DNA of 64,000 nucleotides from Candidatus Latescibacterota bacterium (GTDB lineage Bacteria; Latescibacterota; UBA2968): NCBI GenBank assembly GCA_965116885.1, contig OZ220741.1, positions 1,760,001 to 1,824,000 of the forward strand, read 5' to 3'. Shown piece by piece: positions 59,456 to 64,000 of this stretch (position 1 is its first letter; each line of letters starts with the position of its first letter). The notes under the pieces were generated by a model. It saw only the letters and a program-made list of their open reading frames with translations, ran no database searches and was not told where the DNA came from. The position numbers and the translations under genes were made by a program.

Positions 59456-61699
59456 ATGCTACTTCGAATGCGTGTAACACAAATGTTTACGATTATACTC
59501 ATTGCGCTGTTGATTCAATCGCTGTCTGCGGTGCCTTCGCCCGACTTTGATGAGAATGGTGTGGTCGATTTTCCCGACTTTTTGCTGTTTGTAGGTGCAT
59601 TTGGGTCTCAGGAAGGTCAAAAGATGTATGAGGCAAGATACGATCTGAATAGCGATGGTGCGATTGGATTTGACGATTTTCTGGTTTTTGCCAGTAGCTT
59701 TGGCAAAAGAACCACCGGGTCCGTCAGTGATCTTCAAGGCGAATCGCGCTTTGGGGTTTCGACGCTTGCCAAAACAGGCGAGTCCATTGGCGTCATTCTT
59801 CTCAAAGGGAATCTTGCAGCCGTTCACCATTACGTTTTGGAACCCACACAAGAAGATCACCAACAAAAAGCAGCCACTTTTGCTATTGATGAAAAAACAG
59901 GAGAAGTGCGATTGAAAATCGAACCTGCGGAGTGGGAAAACGAGACTTATCTTCTCGATGTAGAATTGCTGTCGCAACAGAGGGAAAGAATAGCTACAAC
60001 GACTGTGTCAATTTACAAAAAACAGACCGTTACGGTTTCTCCCACCACCGAGGATATCGCCAGCGTCATAGAGGATGTATCGGGTCCAGCGACCATCGCT
60101 TTTTCAGATGGTACTTACATGGATTTAGGGCGCATTGCGTTTTCAAAAACAGGCGTCAGCCGGTACGACACCTTTGAAATGCGAGCGATAAATCCCGGTG
60201 AAGTCACGATTACGGGGAACACTGTTTTTGATATCTCAGGCGATCACAATGTGTTTCATGGATTTATCTTTCGCGATGTCAGTTCAAATACCAGAATAGG
60301 CAGAGCGCAGTTTAAAACGCCGCTTACCCTCAGAGGGGATCACAATCGCATCACAGAGTGTGTTTTTTACCCTCGCAGGCCAGACGAGAGGGGAAGCCTC
60401 CTCAGTACCTCCCTCAAAGCAGGTATTGACAAAGTCGCTCGGTTCACTCGCATTGACCATTGTGCCTTCATTGAGAAGGCTTATCTCACACTCGACAATA
60501 CTCATGTCGGCACCGGCGATGGCGACGGAGGGCTAGAACGGGGGCAAGGAACAAACAATCCCATCAGCGTGCGGGTTGATCACAGCTTTTTTCAAAATAT
60601 AGAGAATAGCTTTTTGAGACTCGGCCGCATTGGTAATCGGGATTCTGAGAGTATCTTTGATGCAAATCTAATTGCTGGCAACCGAGAAGGTGATGAAGAA
60701 CACTTTGTCGGAAAAATGGGAGGTTTTCTTTGGCTCAACAACACGGTGGAAGACTGTAACAAATATCTCAGTCTGCGAGGGGGAGGCTATACTTATATTG
60801 TTCACAGCTATTTTTTACAACGAGCGGCGATGTCCATCATCGGGTGGGATAGGAACCACATCATAGTCGGCAACTATTTTCGCGTCAACGGAAGAAATAC
60901 ACCTGGGGGCAATCGAAATACCATCGCTATAATTCGAATGGGTGAAGGCGCAGCAGGTCCGCATGGAGGGCACAGTGCCACTACCGATTGGTGTGTTGCT
61001 TACAACACGTTTGATGCACCAGCCGATGTGCCTTTTGTAAACTTTATGGGGAAATATTCTCGAAGGGCCTTTGTCGCACAAAGACTCAGCCAGTCACAAC
61101 AGGCAGTCGAACAAGGTACGTACACTCACACCACGCCCCCGGAAGAGCGATTCAGGTTCACACATCCCATTAATAATACCTTCATAGGCAATCTCTTTTA
61201 CCACCGCGAAGCTGCCACCTCCAACCCCCCAAAAACCTTTTCACTCATTCACTATGGCGTCTGGGCACAAAACGCGTTTATCTCCAATCTCATCTCAAGT
61301 CCCGTGACAGAAATTTATGAACACGATACCTCCAACGGCAAAGAAGAAAACGCAAGACAAATAACTCAAAACCTGAAAGGGCTTACCTTTATCTCAAGAG
61401 GAACCGTCAGCCGAGACCAAAACAACTTACTTATTACACCTATAGAGATACCTCAAATCTTTCGCGTTCCAAACTACGAGATGCTTCCCATTGATCTCTA
61501 TGGGGTTATCCACAAGCAAAAAGATAAATTTATCGATAAAGGACATCCTCTTTACAAGCTCATGGATCTCAGGGACCTGGGAGATAAGTTAGATCTGAAT
61601 CGTCCTCTAACCACACGGGATGTGGGCCCGAGTTGGGATTGGCAGCCGCTTTACAATGCGTTACATGGGGCAAATCCCTACCAGGACAACTATTGGTAA
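59456..61699 (+). CDS. Secreted dockerin/EF-hand-tagged polysaccharide lyase, PL6/chondroitinase-B-like
   Basis: Same N-terminal module; cadherin-like FAIDEKTGEV; PGEVTITG, HNRITEC, RIDHC, EEHFVGK, LSLRGG. Confidence 0.65.
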   Translation: MLLRMRVTQMFTIILIALLIQSLSAVPSPDFDENGVVDFPDFLLFVGAFGSQEGQKMYEARYDLNSDGAIGFDDFLVFASSFGKRTTGSVSDLQGESRFGVSTLAKTGESIGVILLKGNLAAVHHYVLEPTQEDHQQKAATFAIDEKTGEVRLKIEPAEWENETYLLDVELLSQQRERIATTTVSIYKKQTVTVSPTTEDIASVIEDVSGPATIAFSDGTYMDLGRIAFSKTGVSRYDTFEMRAINPGEVTITGNTVFDISGDHNVFHGFIFRDVSSNTRIGRAQFKTPLTLRGDHNRITECVFYPRRPDERGSLLSTSLKAGIDKVARFTRIDHCAFIEKAYLTLDNTHVGTGDGDGGLERGQGTNNPISVRVDHSFFQNIENSFLRLGRIGNRDSESIFDANLIAGNREGDEEHFVGKMGGFLWLNNTVEDCNKYLSLRGGGYTYIVHSYFLQRAAMSIIGWDRNHIIVGNYFRVNGRNTPGGNRNTIAIIRMGEGAAGPHGGHSATTDWCVAYNTFDAPADVPFVNFMGKYSRRAFVAQRLSQSQQAVEQGTYTHTTPPEERFRFTHPINNTFIGNLFYHREAATSNPPKTFSLIHYGVWAQNAFISNLISSPVTEIYEHDTSNGKEENARQITQNLKGLTFISRGTVSRDQNNLLITPIEIPQIFRVPNYEMLPIDLYGVIHKQKDKFIDKGHPLYKLMDLRDLGDKLDLNRPLTTRDVGPSWDWQPLYNALHGANPYQDNYW

Positions 61700-61779
61700 A
61701 ACTCCTTGATCTTTTCACTATAGGGCTTTGAAAAGTGCCTTATATTTTGTGTATAGGTGAAGACCTTTACGGTTTATTG

Positions 61780-61846
61780 CCCTGGTGGGAGGTGGCCGCT
61801 AATAACGGTCGCCGCCCTGAAAAGGGGCCCGCCAGGGCTCTTTTTT
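61780..61846 (+). ncRNA. Structured hairpin/terminator unit 1 with CCGCTAATAACGG loop
   Basis: Outer stem CCCTGGTGGG / CCCGCCAGGG, inner CCG-CTAATAA-CGG, T-run. Confidence 0.4.
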
Positions 61847-61855
61847 CCTGAAGTC

Positions 61856-61884
61856 TTGACACCAAAGAGTATCTGAGATATATT
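61856..61884 (+). promoter_or_regulatory. Near-consensus sigma70 promoter
   Basis: TTGACA-N17-TATATT. Confidence 0.65.
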
Positions 61885-61889
61885 GAGAT

Positions 61890-61960
61890 TGATAAAATAA
61901 AGGCCAAAGATTACGCCTTTGGCCAGCCCAGCCGCTAATAACGGTTGGATGGGCCTTTTC
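61890..61960 (+). ncRNA. Putative sRNA/leader unit 2 with CCGCTAATAACGG loop
   Basis: Hairpins GGCCAAAG/CTTTGGCC and CCAGCCG-CTAATAA-CGGTTGG, then TTTT. Confidence 0.45.
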
Positions 61961-62045
61961 TACTATTCTAATGGAAAGGGGCTGTTCAACCGTGTTTTTT
62001 TTGGCCCGACACCCCCTCTCCGCTGCAGTGACAGGAGGTGTCGGT

Positions 62046-62483
62046 TTGAGCAAGTCCTACAACAAATCCCAAACCAGGCTTTCCCGCAGAACGAAATTCA
62101 ATCCTGATTTCTGGGAAGTTCGGGTTGACCAGAACATCCTTGACCAGTTCTCTCTTGAACAGAATCCGCACTACGAGACAGAGGAAGATGTCCAGGCACG
62201 ATTTCGTCAGCGTGAGTGGACATCCCGATTAATACCGCTGGTTCTCAAGCTGATGGATGAGGTTCTTACCCCCAGACAAAGGGAAATAGTACACCTTTAC
62301 TTTTTCAGGAAAATGACCGAACACGAAATTTCCCAACAACTCGGCATCTCAGTTCCCAGCGTGAGCCAACATCTGTTTGGTAAGTCGCGCGGTGGAAAGA
62401 CGGTTGGAGGCGCGATTCCCAAACTGCGCAAGAAACTGGCCCAGATGCATATTGGAGAATTTGAAATTCCTGATTGCCAGTAG
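62046..62483 (+). CDS. Sigma-70 region 4-type HTH DNA-binding protein
   Basis: RBS AGGAGG before TTG 62046; LTPRQREIVHLYF...TEHEISQQLGISVPSVSQHL. Confidence 0.8.
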   Translation: MSKSYNKSQTRLSRRTKFNPDFWEVRVDQNILDQFSLEQNPHYETEEDVQARFRQREWTSRLIPLVLKLMDEVLTPRQREIVHLYFFRKMTEHEISQQLGISVPSVSQHLFGKSRGGKTVGGAIPKLRKKLAQMHIGEFEIPDCQ

Positions 62484-62535
62484 ATTCTGCAAGTACACTT
62501 TGAAAAGCCCTTAGATGGGTGCAGAGCTTGGGTCT

Positions 62536-64000
62536 TCAACGCGGTTCGACGAATATCTCTACTTCGTCGATTACAATTGTGGGGGATGTGGCTTCGGGGT
62601 CGCTTTTGGTGAGTGCGATGGACAGGTAGTTATCGCCGCGTTTGACGAGTGGGTCCGAGAGCGCAAACCAGCGTGTGGAAAAGGTGGGTTTTTCCGCGAG
62701 TGCGCGAAATTCGATCCGCCCGCCCTGTGCGGTACAGGGTATGTTTCTGCCGTCTTTTTCTCGTGTCGAATCTACGGTCGTGACGCGATCAGAAGATGCG
62801 GTGCGTCCGATGGCTTCGTCGGGGATGGTATGGCTGTTGAGGCGTACGTCTAATTCATCGATCCCGGTCAGGCCGAATCCCCGAAAGAGGAGTGTCGCGC
62901 AATGCGCGTGTTGCAGGTTTTCGAAGAGTTGAAAGCGAAATTCACCCGTGGGGCGCTGGTCGCTGCGCGATAGTCGAAGTTGTTGTGCGTTGATTACCCC
63001 TGTGCTGCGTCTGCCATTGGCTCCAAAACCGCTGAATCCGTCCCAGGTGGGATCGAAAATGTAGTGCCGTTCGCCGCGCGCGACGCGCTCGGGGTCGCGG
63101 AGCTGGTGGAAGACTTGCATGCCCTGAGGATAAAAAGGCGGTTGCCATACGGAAGGCACAAAATGGTTGTAGATCGATATGCCATTTGCTCCGGCGCCGT
63201 ACATGGTGTGCGCGAGTGCGCGGCAGGTGGCGTGGCTTAAGGGGATGCGACCGAGGCGGTAGCGCGCGCGGTAGCTGTTCCACGGTAGCAGGCCGGGGTA
63301 GAGCCGGCACGCCGTTTTCCGGGTTAGTGCCGCCCATTCCGAATAGGGCAAATTGTGGTCGGCATACATCGTGTCTTGTGGGCTGATGTAGTCGAGCAAT
63401 CCATTCTGGACCCAATGGCAAATGTCCAGGCCCTGACTCTCGCATTCTGCCGGTGTTGCGTATATGCGCGCGCCAAGCATGAGTTTTTTGCCGATTTCTT
63501 TGCCGCGTTCATTCAGTCGCGTGCGGATATTTTGTATGAGATCTGTCATGAGGTGTGCGCGTTCGACAGCATGGTGCGGGGGGAAGTAGGCCGTGTCTCG
63601 AAAACACAGTTCCACACCGTCGATGTCGAATCTGCAGGCGACTTCTTCTACGACGCCATAAGTGAATTCTCGAACTTCGCGATGTGTGAAGTCGAGTGCT
63701 TCTGGCTCCTGGTAGTTCTGTCCGGGACGCGGGTCGTGCAATCGCAGATGCGGGTTGGATTCAATATATTCGGCAATGCCGACGCCCTGTTTGCGATTGT
63801 GTGCGGCATGGCCGTCGTTCATGCGGAAGCCTGCGATAAATTGCATGTTGCGCCGGTGCGATTGGTCGATGAGGATGTCCAGGGGCTGTGTGCCCGCTTC
63901 GATCAATGGTCTGAACCGCTGGTGCTGAGGGCGCTGGTCGTATTCATAGTGTTCGGATTGCCAGTAGGCCGTCCATCCTTGAGAGAATATCTCCTGATTG
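62536..64000 (-). CDS. Glycoside hydrolase-like TIM-barrel protein (GHL10-like), 5' partial
   Basis: FRMND.H, LDFTHREVR, FDIDGVELCF, GANGISIYN; frame stays open to the window end. Confidence 0.65.
   Translation of the reverse strand, partial: NQEIFSQGWTAYWQSEHYEYDQRPQHQRFRPLIEAGTQPLDILIDQSHRRNMQFIAGFRMNDGHAAHNRKQGVGIAEYIESNPHLRLHDPRPGQNYQEPEALDFTHREVREFTYGVVEEVACRFDIDGVELCFRDTAYFPPHHAVERAHLMTDLIQNIRTRLNERGKEIGKKLMLGARIYATPAECESQGLDICHWVQNGLLDYISPQDTMYADHNLPYSEWAALTRKTACRLYPGLLPWNSYRARYRLGRIPLSHATCRALAHTMYGAGANGISIYNHFVPSVWQPPFYPQGMQVFHQLRDPERVARGERHYIFDPTWDGFSGFGANGRRSTGVINAQQLRLSRSDQRPTGEFRFQLFENLQHAHCATLLFRGFGLTGIDELDVRLNSHTIPDEAIGRTASSDRVTTVDSTREKDGRNIPCTAQGGRIEFRALAEKPTFSTRWFALSDPLVKRGDNYLSIALTKSDPEATSPTIVIDEVEIFVEPR

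Noticed and set aside
61971..62045. N-terminal extension of the HTH gene
   Set aside because: AGGAGG RBS positions the start at TTG 62046

Overview
Bacterial chromosomal window. The gene content (sulfatases, PhyH dioxygenases, DUF6785-type membrane protein, secreted enzymes with dockerin/EF-hand tags, GTAG-type REPs) suggests a Latescibacterota/Poribacteria-like symbiont, which is inference only. (1) 1-9.1 kb is a co-oriented peptide/protein maturation and export cluster, probably truncated at the left edge. It encodes HlyD, a peptidase-less ABC exporter, a 127-aa Cys-free putative precursor with a short basic leader ending LAY, a TPR protein, a CPBP protease, a GNAT, an S8 protease fused to a DUF1611-like domain, an acyl carrier protein and a BtrH-like protein. 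This is the best candidate for an undescribed system: ACP-dependent acylation of a ribosomally made, type I-secreted polypeptide. (2) 9.2-23.3 kb and 32.2-57.5 kb hold housekeeping and catabolic genes (pckA, proA, mmsA, larA-like, sulfatases, HADs, aconitase X, PhyH, amidohydrolases) plus UPF0175/PIN toxin-antitoxin genes. (3) 23.4-32.2 kb is an AT-richer accessory island. It contains a two-gene cassette between 100-bp direct repeats, a duplicated nuclease-like/glycine-zipper protein, TA remnants, and a 3597-bp transposase-less element (28577-32173) with 23-bp terminal inverted repeats and an 8-bp target duplication. The element's cargo genes are preceded by repeated promoter/hairpin/antisense-promoter modules. 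(4) 57.5-64 kb holds two dockerin-tagged beta-helix polysaccharide-lyase-like proteins, tandem hairpins with an identical loop ahead of a sigma-region-4 HTH gene, and a partial glycoside-hydrolase-like gene. No rRNA, tRNA or CRISPR array was seen. All family assignments come from motif recognition by eye, not database searches.
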